Assembly (NCBI GenBank): GCA_030141605.1
Contig: JAQGDQ010001407.1
Span: forward strand, 1-42,359
Length of the DNA: 42,359 nt
Origin: Tubiluchus corallicola
Taxonomy: Eukaryota > Animalia > Priapulida
Direction: 5' to 3'
The notes under the pieces are model-generated. The model was not told the origin of the DNA. It saw nothing but the letters and a program-made list of their open reading frames with translations, and did no database searches. The number at the start of each line of letters is the position of its first letter. Within the stretch, counting starts at the first letter, position 1. Positions 12,673-24,848 of the stretch are shown piece by piece. The position numbers were made by a program, and so were the translations under genes.

Positions 12673-13792
12673 TGTATTATTGTAGAGGTATGCATTTCTA
12701 AACACAGCTGACCAATGTATTATTGTAGACGTACGCATTTCTAAAGACAGCTGACCAATGTATTATTGTAGACGTACGCATTTCTAAAGACAGCTGACCA
12801 ATGTATTATTGTAGAGGTACGCATTTCTAAAGACAGCTGACCAATGTATTATTGTAGTGGTACGCATTTCTAAAGACAGCTGACCAATGTATTATTGTAG
12901 ACGTACGCATTTCTAAAGACAGCTGACCAATGTATTATTGTAGAGGTACGCATTTCTAAAGACAGCTGACCAACGTATTATTGTAGACGTACGCATTTCT
13001 AAAGACAGCTGACCAATGTATTATTGTAGACGTATGCATTTCTAAAGACAGCTGACCAATGTATTATTGTAGACGTACGCATTTCTAAACACAGCTGACC
13101 AATGTATTATTGTAGACGTATGCATTTCTAAAGACAGCTGACCAATGTATTATTGTAGACGTACGCATTTCTAAACACAGCTGACCAATGTATTATTGTA
13201 GAGGTACGCATTTCTAAAGACAGCTGACCAATGTATTATTGTAGAGGTACGCATTTCTAAAGACAGCTGACCAATGTATTATTGTAGACGTACGCATTTC
13301 TAAAGACAGCTGACCAATGTATTATTGTAGACGTACGCATTTCTAAAGACAGCTGACCAATGTATTATTGTAGACGTACACATTTCTAAAGACAGCTGAC
13401 CAATGTATTATTGTAGACGTACGCATTTCTAAAGACAGCTGACCAATGTATTATTGTAGACGTACGCATTTCTAAAGTCAGCTGACCAATGTATTATTGT
13501 AGAGGTACGCATTTCTAAAGACAGCTGACCAATGTATTATTGTAGAGGTACACATTTCTAAATACAGCTGACCAATGTATTATTGTAGACGTACGCATTT
13601 CTAAAGACAGCTGACCAGTGTATTATTGTAGACGTACGCATTTCTAAAGACAGCTGACCAGTGTATTATTGTAGCCGTACGCATTTCTAAAGACAGCTGA
13701 CCAATGTATTATTGTAGACATACACATTTCTAAAGACAGCTGACCAATGTATTATTGTAGACGTACAGCATTTCTAAAGTCTGCTGATCAAT
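12673..13792. repeat. 43-bp minisatellite, about 26 copies, just 3' of the SLC25A45 stop
   Basis: Unit atgtattattgtagacgtacgcatttctaaagacagctgacca. Confidence 0.97.
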
Positions 13793-13829
13793 ATTGAATC
13801 TCATTACGGCACACAACAAATGGAAGGCT

Positions 13830-14212
13830 TTATAACACGTAATTTTTCATCAACTTTAAACTCATTTCGTAGGTAAGAAATATCACAGCATTCACAGGAA
13901 AAGCGCGTACGGCGCACACAGTCGTACCACGAAAGAATATCCTCAAGCCGCCCTGTCTGTAACATTCCGACACGCAGTGAAGCATTCCGCGGTACCGAGG
14001 ATTCTGGAAGTCATCTCCCTGTATCCGGCTTTTCACCACGTCTAACGGCATAATCACAGTCCAGGAAATGGATCCGGCGGCGCCACCGGCTAACATGGTG
14101 ACCAGTGGAGAAACGCTGCCATCTACACGCGAGAACACCTTGCAGATGTATTCGTAAACGACGATGTATATTCCGCTGGAAGGCGTGTCCCTGACTAGCT
14201 GACAGATAAATC
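13830..14212 (-). CDS. SLC25A45: SLC25A45-like exon 7 (last coding exon)
   Basis: ttttag|GA; LVRDTPSSGIYIVVYE...AGGAAGSISW...PLDVVKSRIQ...RAFPVNAVIFLTYE then stop. The seven exons total 900 nt (299 aa). The exact paralog (45/47/48) is not resolvable by eye. Confidence 0.93.
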
Positions 14213-14282
14213 CTAAAAAGACAAAACGCGTAGAAGTCGGCTATCAGCTAGAGGTGATCTAAGTTTTAAGCAGTAATATAGC

Positions 14283-15023
14283 GAGTGATGTTACCGAAAC
14301 TGAATTTACAAACCGAAACCGAAACGGAAATTTATAAACAGGAAACCGATAGCTAAATGAAACCGAAACGGAAATTTATAAACAGGAAACCGATAGCTAA
14401 ATGAAACCGAAACAGAAATTTATAAACAGGAAACCGATAGCTAAATGAAACCGAAACAGAAATTTATAAACAGGAAACCGATAGCTAAATGAAACCGAAA
14501 CAGAAATTTATAAACAGGAAACCGATAGCTAAATGAAACCGAAACAGAAATTTATAAACAGGAAACCGATAGCTAAATGAAACCGAAACGGAAATTTATA
14601 AACAGGAAACCGATAGCTAAATGAAACCGAAACAGAAATTTATAAACAGGAAACCGATAGCTAAATGAAACCAAAACGGAAATTTATAAACAGGAAACCG
14701 ATAGCTAAATGAAACCGAAACATTTTCGCAAAACCAACTATTATTAAAACTGACAAAAGAAAATTCTAAAATGAGTAAAATACTTTATTTCTGTTTATGT
14801 GGTTTTATGTAAGCGAAATTTTTGGTTTATTTGAACCAATTTAACCAAGATATTTCAGCGGTTTTTGACATCTTGAAGAAAAGAAATGGTAAATTGGATA
14901 AATACTAGTAAAACCTCAAAATTTCGACTAGGAAATTTACTAAATTTTGCCGAAAGCGAAACTTAATCGAAAGTGCAATTATCGGCAAACCGGAATGAAA
15001 ATTTCCTTTCGGTAACATCCCTG
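14283..15023. mobile_element. hAT-type MITE with internal 44-bp array
   Basis: TIR gagtgatgttaccgaaa / tttcggtaacatccctg; TSD aatatagc/aatataac (7 of 8). Confidence 0.8.
14317..14721. repeat. 44-bp minisatellite, about 9 copies
   Basis: Unit aaaccgaaac(g/a)gaaatttataaacaggaaaccgatagctaaatg. Confidence 0.96.
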
Positions 15024-15312
15024 AATATAACGCTCAACAAATCTCAGGCTTGCTAGGACAACCGACAACTTCATTTAGTTATTATACAGCAAAGGTAAAC
15101 CAGTCATCAGCGTGATTGCTTCCTTAGCTTCAGAGTACGATGAGAAGCTATGACTGGAAAATGGAAGTTTCAGTATTTCAAACAAAAAAATAAAACTATT
15201 TAAATACAATTACATACAAAAAGGACCATTTTACAGGTTGATACACAATAGATCATGTAAAAATTCTTCTATGCAAATTGATGTGTAAATAAATATTCAG
15301 AATAGTGACAAC

Positions 15313-15741
15313 CAGGGCCGAAACTAGATGTTGCAAGCGGGGGGGGGGGCGAAAAATTTTCTGGGGGGGGGGGCGAGGTATCCGAAGTGGTTAAATAATG
15401 GCTAAGCCAATTTTAACCCCTTTTATACTGCATGCAGGCCTATAATTAGCGTGTGTAGGACGGCGTAGCGGACAAAGCAATAATGAGAAAATTAACTCTC
15501 AGTTAACCTAACGTTATTAATGTGCCTCTAACTAAATTGTTATTTACAGAAATTTATCACACACAAGTTTTAAGAAAATAATACACTGAAGCTACCAAAC
15601 ATTTTTTTACATAATTCTAATTCATATTGAAAATGATTACATGCGAACTGCAATTTTCACTGCAAAAAAAATTATTTGTCCGATTTTGCAGGGCGCAAAT
15701 TTTGACAAGGGGGCACGCCCCCCCCCCTAGTTCCGCCCCTG
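15313..15741. mobile_element. hAT-type MITE, family B copy 1
   Basis: TIR cagggccgaaactag / ctagttccgcccctg; perfect TSD gtgacaac. Confidence 0.92.
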
Positions 15742-16473
15742 GTGACAACAGAACTTGAAACTTATTCACACTGCAAAATGGTGAAACTTTACCATCATGG
15801 TACTATGGTAGGCAGGACATAGTCCTGGGTTAGTAGGTTAAAGCACAAGAAAACCCTCCACTTACATAAAGCTTAAAAAATTCATATCGATACCACTTAC
15901 ATACTGCCTTTTTGCATGCAGGGCTTGTGACGGAAGTAACGCCGTATAAAACGTGTAAATTTAAACTTCCGCGATGACAGTTAGGTGCAGGTATTTTAGA
16001 GGTAGGTCGTTTGAAACAAAAGAGTTTAGATAACATTGTGCAAAGTTTTAAAAAATAATCAGAGAATTCGTAGCACACATGTTACTAAACTGAGTAAAAT
16101 TTACTGTATCTTCTTAATAAGATTAAAAATGTGTTTTTTGGTTAGAAACTGGCGCACCCTGTGAGCCAGCGACATTTTATCAATGGTAACATTGTTATTT
16201 CTAATTACATAAGTCTTTCCAGCAGGGAGGCGAAATGCTAAGTAATATAGATTTGCATGGAAAATTTTTTGGGACGTAATTTAACGTTTCCTTTTCTATC
16301 CCTGATTTACGTTTGTGTAGTGACGTCATGTAATGGCACCGTCAGAACAGTATTGAGGGAGATTTAAAATGAAAACAAAGAAAAATTCCTTTTAACGCGA
16401 GTGCGAAATATGCTCTAAGTTTGTTATCAAGTAATATAATTTTTAAGGCAATTTTTCTGAAACCTACTACAGG

Positions 16474-16943
16474 CAGGGCCTATTTCAGCCTAAGCGAGGC
16501 CCAGGGAAGTGGGGGGTGTGAGGCCCCCTCGGGGGGGGGGGGGGGGTGCCCAGAAAATTTTTGAACTGCTAGAACACCGGAGAAGCATTTTCGAAGAGAA
16601 AATATGGAGTTATACAGTTCTTAAAGGAAAGAACAATTGAAAGAAAAACTGCTCTATTCTCAAGACCAGTCCTTAATACTTGTCAAATAGTCAAATCAAA
16701 AACAACATCTTTGCAATATGTAATACCATACTCTCACTTCCGTACAAGCTGGTGTTAGAAATTCCAAAATTGAAAACAGCTGAACATCGGCACGGAGCCG
16801 CACATGCGGCAAGAGAGAAAGAGGGAGAGAAGAGGCAGTATGTTCGCATAAACCAAGAAAAATTACCTTGGCGCGAGGCCCCCCTAGAGGGTGAGGCCCC
16901 GGGGAAGTATCCCCACTTCCCCCCCCCCTTGAAATAGGGCCTG
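16474..16943. mobile_element. hAT-type MITE
   Basis: TIR cagggcctatttca / tgaaatagggcctg; TSD actacagg/gctacagg; subterminal gaggcccc repeats. Confidence 0.85.
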
Positions 16944-17034
16944 GCTACAGGTACCCCTTTTCTTGTCCTTTAAGTGACTTAATACTTATTTCCGAAGTGG
17001 TCGTGATTTTGTTATGATTGACATGTTACTTTGG

Positions 17035-17160
17035 TAAACCCCTTTTGTTTGGTCGAAGAACCAGCGCTACAGTTCTTTAAGTGTTTGGTATACTCACTCG
17101 GGTGTTGAACCTGCGCCTTCCCACGTGGGAATCGAGTGCGCTACCATTAAGCTATACACC
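17035..17160 (-). mobile_element. tRNA-derived SINE fragment
   Basis: Box A TAGCTTAATGG and box B-like GGTTCAACACC at tRNA-like spacing; no intact cloverleaf; 3' boundary approximate. Confidence 0.5.
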
Positions 17161-17253
17161 AGAGCTCTCAGGTCAATGTAACTACTCTAAAAGCAATATT
17201 ACGCGTCTGCCATGCCCGTAAGTTTGGCAAATGGACGCGCTTGGCTCACTAAC

Positions 17254-17370
17254 CTTTATTACAACCTCTGATTCCGTTACGGCGATAACTCGTGACAAGA
17301 CAATGCCAGGGTCCAGTGTACACTTGTTTTGTCCGTTGAGTGAGTCGGGACGCTAACACGTCTGCATTTT
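17254..17370 (-). CDS. SLC25A45: SLC25A45-like exon 6
   Basis: tttcag|AA...G|gttagt; ...YTGPWHCLVTSYRRNGIRGCNKG. Not in the ORF track; found by reading, and phases fit on both sides. Confidence 0.88.
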
Positions 17371-17439
17371 CTGAAACCAAAGGTAAATAATCCTTAAGTT
17401 GAAAGTAACAATAGAAATTTTGCAGCTACAAAAAGCATA

Positions 17440-18007
17440 AGAGTGTTAGCAAACCAAAACTGTCCATAAGTCGGCATAGTTAAAACTACGTTATGATGCT
17501 TCAAAGTAGAATGCACGAAAAATTTGGTGAAATGAAGATTTTTTGTGTCTTATAAAAATAAATGCTAAATAAATTGGACTTTTATATTCTAGCATTAAAT
17601 TATCCGGAAAATGTTTAAAAAATACTAAAAATCTAATTTTATAACCCCACATTTTGCAAAAGACATATTTTCAAACACCGATAGCTGCTTCTGGAAACAG
17701 TCATTTTCTGTTGTCAAGCCCAGATCCTTCGTCAGGAAGAGCCATCTACTGGATATAAACATAACTTCAATGTGTTTTTGCGAAGTTCGTCGAAACGTGA
17801 CAAAAAACAATGGCTAATTCTAACAGTGATTTTCTCAAGATTATGTTTTTCAGTGTGCAGCCTGCATCTCAACTTCAACGTGGATTATCTCAGGTTAGAA
17901 ATAACATAGAGTGATGAACTTGGTATCAAAATGATTCTCATGAAATGGAGATTCAGGATATGTGAATAACTATAAAAGCTCAATTGCCAACTTATGCCGG
18001 CACACAT
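17440..18007. mobile_element. Inverted second copy of the 9234-10225 element with a single 57-bp unit
   Basis: Colinear reverse-complement similarity, e.g. cagtgtgcagcctgcatctcaacttcaac versus gttgaagttgaggtgcaggctgcacactg. Confidence 0.8.
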
Positions 18008-18878
18008 GTTATTACATGTTATAACTTTACAGAAGAAAGGATAACTAAAAAGCTCATTAGTACTAGAAATCAATTTTAGTATGAACAATAGGAATTACCA
18101 AAGACTTTAAAAGAAAGGACAAGTCATTTAGCATGTTGGGTTTATTTTACCGTTATCACTCGAACTGTTTGTGGTGTGCTAAAGGAAAGGACAAGTCATT
18201 TAGCATGTTGGGTTTATTTTACCGTTATCACTCAAACTTAGAAAAATAAGACAGAGAAATTTGCGAAGCATACAGTCTATAAATCATATAGTTAATTTAC
18301 ACTACTGCCGTACACAAATTTTCAGTGAGGCCGTAGGCGCCATTCACTTGGTAATCACGACAACTTTTCGTTAAGCATGTGAACTGCTTTGCGAGTTAAT
18401 GTCTAGCGTGAACCCCTCGTAGATACAAAAAATGAGAGCGATACTACGGGCGCATGTGTTAGAATGTGGGATGATGAGTCGTCCAACTAATTTTAATGTT
18501 GTCCAAAGCTTTAAATGGAAACACAATTAAATCTGAAGAAGCAGATCATTTTCGAGAAGTAATTAGTTATATTAAACTAGCAACGGAGAAGAGAAAACGA
18601 AGAAGCATTTCTTCCATGCACCAAAGACAGTATGCTTATGGACATTTAAATCAGTTAAAGATGTGAATTCCGTTTTAAAATAGAAACCACGAGCTACACT
18701 TAAGTTTATAAAACATAGAATAATAAATGAAAAATGGAACTTGTTGTTATAAATTTCTGATTTTTAACTCATATATCTGATCTGTTTATTCTTACCAGTA
18801 GAGGAAAGACAGTAATGGCTGTTTTTGCATGGTTGCAGAAAATTCGGACTTTTTGTCCATTTCTTTGTTTTTTTTTTA

Positions 18879-19338
18879 CCGTATATACTCGCATATAAGC
18901 CTACATCGAATATAAGCCGACCCCCTAAAACTGCTTTAAAATGGCCAGTTTTTGCAAAAACCCGTATATAAGCCGACCATCAACTTGTCTAATTTTACTC
19001 CATACCCAATCAAAAAAATTGATCCCTTTTTGTCACATGTATTTATACATTTTTAATATTTTTTATCTAATGAATACAAAAAGCAGACATTTATTGAAAT
19101 GTGAATTTTTTCTAAAAAAAAGTGGGTGGACGGCGATCCCTCACGATCCCCCTCCAATACACCACTGGTGACACACAACCAAATAAAGAGTCAGATAGCG
19201 ATGAAAATGCGTGGCTGGAAAATTGGCATTAGTGTCTGTCCTTGTGTTCATTTTGTTTCATGCGCATATAAGCCGACCCCCTGATTTCAGTATTGTATTT
19301 TATAGTTCTAAATTCGGCTTATATGCGAGTATATACAG
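18879..19338. mobile_element. Tc1/mariner-pogo-type MITE
   Basis: TA|ccgtatatactcgcatataagcc ... ggcttatatgcgagtatatacag|TA; internal tataagccgacc repeats. Confidence 0.88.
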
Positions 19339-21717
19339 TACTTTTTTTATTTCCAACATCTCAGCCTACAAGGAATTTGTCAACTATTCGATTTAGGAGA
19401 TGGGCATCTGACAGTGGTCCAGGTGTTGTATATTTTTTTTGACCTAAGTACACCGCCAAAGTGATAAAAAAATTGCGGAAACCATTAGAATTCTAGTGGG
19501 TAATATTATTTAAGGGTACTTTCACACATGCTGTGTTTCATTTTGGTTAAATTATCACGACGCAGCAGGTTAGAGAGCAAACAGAATAGAAACAAAAGCA
19601 AAATGTCTGACATTTGTTATCATGGACATTGTAACCACACAATTAAGTTTGAAGCAGAGTGCCCCCAGTTTAGATCAAGCCAAAAAAGGAAACTATATTG
19701 CGGCTCATTCACATTTAAGTCTTAACACAACTCAATCCCCATTTCATCATTTTCATTTTTAATCTTTTCAAACACTATCATATTTTTCGTTTCATCTCAG
19801 CTTCGTGCATAGTTTCGAGGCTTTATACATTTGGTAATTTTATACAGTATACATTAACGCACGACGTTAAATTCTCTTACTGGCTTAACTGCAGGAGCAG
19901 ATCTGACTATTTGGCAGTTGCAAAAACCACAAAAGGAAAATCTAGTTGGCAAATTCACTTCCACGAAATTCTTCAAAACATTCTGTTTGATTTCTCTTCG
20001 ATTATTCCATGAAATGGCTGTCGGAGAGAACAAGTTAAAAATAAAATGAGAAAGAGAAGAACGAACGATGTTGAAAAAGCAAAACTAAGAACCACAAGTG
20101 ATGGTATCTACATTTTTTAACTTGGTTTCAGGATTTGTGATTTTGCCATGGCAGAATACTAAAGCTAAAAACGCTAGAATAACTTGCTAAGAAGATTACA
20201 AATTGGAAATCACTGTTATTCAATTGTGATGTCATCAATTTCAAATGTCGTTCTTAATTTGTTAACTGATCTAAGGGTACAAGTTTGGGTGTCAACAAAG
20301 CGCAAGTAACTTGGCATGTCTCCACTAGTATTTTGTCTGCCTAGTTTAGTAGTTTAGTCTACACTGTCTATTTGATAATGTAATATTTCACATTGTATAT
20401 TCAATTGTCTACTTTGTATATTTTACATACCACTAGCACACGTACAGAATCACAAGTTATTGTTTTATTTTCACAAAGCGAGTTTTCACCTTACAGGACC
20501 AGGATCTCCCTGCAGTTCCAAAAGCAGGTGCTACAAGCTGGAAATTATCATTGTGACTTCATCAAATTCAAATGTCATTCTTAATTTGTTAATCGAAGGA
20601 AGGGTACAAGCTGGACTAGTGAAATGGCTCGTAAGTAACACAGCCTGTCAGCTCTAGTGTTTTATCTACTTAACCTAGTTTACATTGTCTATTTGCTAGC
20701 CATATCTCTGTCACTTGTACACCTATAGAAGCACAAGTTATTGTTTCACAACTACTTTCAGAAAGAGTTTTCACTTTGCAGGACCTAGATCTCCCAGTGG
20801 TTCCAGAAGAAGGCATTCCAGGGGAAGACAGAGGTCAACAGAAAGACGTCACCGTAGTCGAAGTGGCAGATCAAGAGCTAGAACACCCCAAAGTCGTAAA
20901 AGAAACAAGAGTAAAACAGGCAGGGCCAAACCAGATGGTCCATTGGATAATATCTCTAAGATTTTAAGATTTTTCCCACCTGGTTGCAATATATTGTAGA
21001 AATGATTGAAGGAGAGGTACCTAAATCCTGTCGTAACACTTTGTAATAAAATCCTATCTGTAAAAATTGGAAATAATTGCAAATTGACGTTTTCCCAAGA
21101 TGTTTGCTTGCAACAAAAAGTGACAAAAAAATGACTTGCTTCATCCGTGAAACTGCATGCAGTCAAGAGCTGAGAAAATAAGTCAGAGGTTTATGCAAAA
21201 TGTAAGCAACACTAAATTCAAGTACTACAGACAGTACACTTAACAGAGAAAGTCCGTGATGCTCCTCAAAATGTAAAAATGATAATAGAAATATTCTTTA
21301 TTATTGAAACTTGCTGTTATACTTTTGATTTGTATTTCAGACATTCTTTAAATTCATAAATTAAGTTTTTTCCTTTCAATGTCAAATATAGCAACTTTGT
21401 AAAGTTTCAATTTTACACAAAAACAGAAGGAAAATGCTTTAGGTCTTTCTGATACTTTGAACTTTTTCTTGGTGGTTCATAAAAGAGGAAATGTGGTGTG
21501 AAGGTGTCATTCCCAAAGAAAGTCTGGAGCTTCATTTCACGCGTTCTACTCATTAGATGACCCCAGAAACTGCTTAGTCTTTAGTTATAGCAGTGTTTGT
21601 GTTTGATTATCACTTGTCAAAATTTGACTGGGTAGCATTGCTTACAAATCCAGAGTCATAGAAATGACACCGTTATCCCAACGTTGCTAGTATCTGATAA
21701 TCTTTTCTGTCATTGTT

Positions 21718-21780
21718 GTGTTGCCGGTTATTACATAATTATCAGAAAGGTTCTGATAATTATGTAATAACCGGTAACAC
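21718..21780. repeat. Near-perfect 30-bp stem hairpin with 3-nt loop
   Basis: gtgttgccggttattacataattatcagaa-agg-ttctgataattatgtaataaccggtaacac; one mismatch. Confidence 0.9.
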
Positions 21781-22002
21781 TACTCGGCCATTAATACACC
21801 GATCTGGCGGAAAATTCAATACTTTTTAGCCGCCGATAAAATGAGCACCATACAAAATGGCAATTCTGGCTGAGAGTTAGCCGTAAAAAAACATGGACGA
21901 ATTCTGCATTCCCTGAATGAACGATGTTATAATAATTATTGAATTTTACGTTTTAAATTAAAAAATACACTTTGTATGACTGTGTCGAGTAAGTATATGA
22001 AT

Positions 22003-22431
22003 CAGGGCCAGAACTAGATTTTTCTGGGAGGGCAAAAATTTTCTGGGAGGGCGAGGTATCCGAAGTGGTTAAATAATGGTTCAGCCAATTTTAACCCCTT
22101 TTATACTGCATGCAGGCCTATAATTAGCGTGCGTGTAGGACGGCGTAGCGGACAGAGCAATAATGAGAAAATTAACTCTCAGTTAACCTAACGTTATTAA
22201 TGTGCCTCTAACTAAATTGTTATTTACAGAAATTTATCACACACAAGTTTTAAGAAAATAATACACTGAAGCTACCAAACATTTTTTTACCTAATTCTAA
22301 TTCATATTGAAAATGATTACATGCGAACTGCAATTTTCACTGCAAAAAAAATTATTTGTCCGATTTTGCAGGGGGGGGGCGCAAATTTTGACAAGGGACG
22401 CCCCCCTCGCTCCCCCCTAGTTCCGCCCCTG
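22003..22431. mobile_element. hAT-type MITE, family B copy 2
   Basis: Body nearly identical to 15313-15741; perfect TSD atatgaat. Confidence 0.92.
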
Positions 22432-22568
22432 ATATGAATGTACAAAAAATGATAAAATTCTCAACCCGATGCTCGATAAAAATTTTCCCCTGGCGATTAG
22501 ACGGAAACAGAAGTATTTTTATTGTCGGCCCAAGAATAAACAAGAAATGAATAAAAAACGCATCCTAC

Positions 22569-22696
22569 CCTTCTGTATTTGTAGTTTCACTTTAATGAAG
22601 TCTGTAGGACAGGCCACAAACACCTGGCCCAAACCTGCATTGCAGCCTGCCAGGTAAATATCCCACATTGTTGGCTCAGCATACCTGTTTCCATGC
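22569..22696 (-). CDS. SLC25A45: SLC25A45-like exon 5
   Basis: tttag|G...G|gtagga; IYLAGCNAGLGQVFVACPTDFIKVKLQ carries the second PxDxxK signature. Confidence 0.92.
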
Positions 22697-22759
22697 CTAA
22701 ACACAGAAATAATGCAGCTGACTAATTTATATTGACTTACAACATCTTATGATGTCTTA

Positions 22760-23557
22760 GAGCTCGTTCACACTAGTGAATTTTCTCCAAGACAGCAACC
22801 TCTTAAGTGTGAACTGTTTTACGAGTTACTGTCGGCAAGAAACTGCAAACTCTCCAATGAGTTACTGCAAGTTTCGGTCAGTAAGAAATTGCAAACTTCC
22901 CGACAGTTGCTGCGAGCTGATTTACTGTTTAGTGTGAATGTTTTGGTGAGTTACTCTCAACTTGCAGTGAACACAGACATGCTCTATTTATCGGCAGAAG
23001 TTAAATGTGGTACAACAGAGAAAGCAACCGTTCGAGTGTAATTTTGCTCTAATCTAGATACTACTGTAAAACATGCTGCAAGAATTGCATGACACTTACT
23101 ACCTAACAGCAACGCGCAGCAGATTTTCCTTTTGTTGTGGAGATCGCTGGCATCAATCAGAATTACATAGAACATTGTAGAATGTTCCGTTAGAATAATC
23201 GTCTTACCTTGTGGAATGTTCTGGAAAGGAGTTTCTAGAAACTTCTCGGGTACGCTATATAAGGCGAAGCAGGCCGCTGAGACAGGAGCACACGGACGCC
23301 ACATACACATTCTCTTGTATACCTGTATTTTCAGATACACTCAAACGTTTTCCAGATTTTCACATATAGTGTAATCATTTCGCGTTCCTTCATACTTTTG
23401 TGTTGTAGAATTCTCGCTTAATAAACTAGTTTAATTTGACGGCGTGTTTTCTGGTTTTCTCTACGAGCCTTCCGAGAGAAACAAAACACAACACCTTTCT
23501 AGTGTGAACCTGTTTGCAAGTTTCTTCGCACGAAAACTCTCCAGTATGAAAGCACCA
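22760..23557. mobile_element. Possible degenerate PIF/Harbinger-type MITE
   Basis: TTA flanks; imperfect TIR gagctcgttcacactagtgaattttc versus gaaaactctccagtatgaaagcacca; internal agtgtgaa motifs. Confidence 0.4.
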
Positions 23558-23984
23558 TTAGTTTTGCCGAATGTGGCAAAGCACCATGGGATATACACAT
23601 GCATGTGGAATACGTGGCAAATGCGACCTGTTCATTACCGCCATATAAGGACCACATAAGTTTGTTTTTAAGCCAAAATCAGTAAAAAACATAATTCCAC
23701 ATAAAACACCCCACAGGCTAGCCCCTGATGGATTATCGCACACCATTCTTTTCTTTTTTTCTCCTCATCTCCTAAGTAATTGTTGCTCTTTCTCATACTT
23801 TCTTTTTCTCATAAATTTTTCTATATTACACTTTTTTGATACTTATTTTTTCTTTCCATGCTCTCAGTTTTTAACTTTACTTACTAACCTTGGTCAAATT
23901 CCTCTGTCGATAAGACCCCATTTGAAACTACTACATATAATAATCCTAATTACTGAATAATTGTATTGTTTTGTTTAGATTTAG

Positions 23985-24260
23985 GTATCTAACTTTATTA
24001 TTTTTTGTTTTCAGTTCTTTTTGGATAGTTTGCATCATTTATACTGTTTTTATTATTATTTTCTTATTTGTTTTTGTTATCTGCAGTATCACCGTTAATT
24101 TTTAATAGACTAATCTATTTATAAGAAAGGGCAGGAGACTAGATGACCCTATGGTCCTTCCCTGCCCTGCTCCATGATTATAATTACTTAATATTTAAAA
24201 AACTTTTGATGTTAAACTAATTGGAGAAAATAAATGTTCTATGTTCTATGTCTATGTCTA
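23985..24260 (+). repeat. Direct repeat copy 1, LINE 3'-end-like
   Basis: Matches 24595-24848; hairpin agggcagg...cctgccct and tail aataaatgttctatgttctatgtctatg. Confidence 0.75.
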
Positions 24261-24337
24261 TTTGCGTTCTGTTACTGCCAACTTGTGCTGCATTTGTACG
24301 CTCTATAATATAGCACCTGCTTACTATTGGTCAGTAC

Positions 24338-24447
24338 CTCCAAGACATTAACGCACGAATTGTGTTGCTATATATACCAAAATAGATAGCGTTCATCGTT
24401 CCTATTGACAAGATCGGAAACAGCATTCCCTTGTAAAAACCTCGTAT
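24338..24447 (-). CDS. SLC25A45: SLC25A45-like exon 4
   Basis: ttttcag|ATA...AG|gtactg; IRGFYKGMLFPILSIGTMNAIYFGIYSNT. Confidence 0.92.
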
Positions 24448-24594
24448 CTGAAAACAAACAGCATCTTTAACGATAACGAAAACGCGACACGACAATTGAC
24501 ACCTATTAAGGAAAAATAGAAATGGTTCTTTGATAGGTTTTTTCACAAAATCGTAATTCAGTTCAAGCTTATTTCCCACGGTACTATCCTACTG

Positions 24595-24848
24595 TATTTA
24601 ACTTTATTTTTTTTTGTTTTCAGTTCTTTTTGGATAATTTGTATCATTTATACTGTTTTTATTATTTTTTTCTTATTTGTTTTTGTAATCTGCAGCATCA
24701 TCGTTAATTTTGAATATACTAATCTATTTGTAAGAAAGGGCAGGAGACTAGATGAACCTATGGTCCTTCCCTGCTCCGCGATTATAATTAATATTTAAAA
24801 AACTTTTGATGTTAAACTAATTGGAGTTCTATGTCTACGTCTATGTCC
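24595..24848 (+). repeat. Direct repeat copy 2, LINE 3'-end-like
   Basis: Diverged copy of 23985-24260 on the other side of SLC25A45 exon 4. Confidence 0.75.

Noticed and set aside
10597-13792. CRISPR-like appearance of the 37-bp and 43-bp arrays
   Set aside because: Units are head-to-tail with no unique spacers, there are no cas genes, and the context is eukaryotic.
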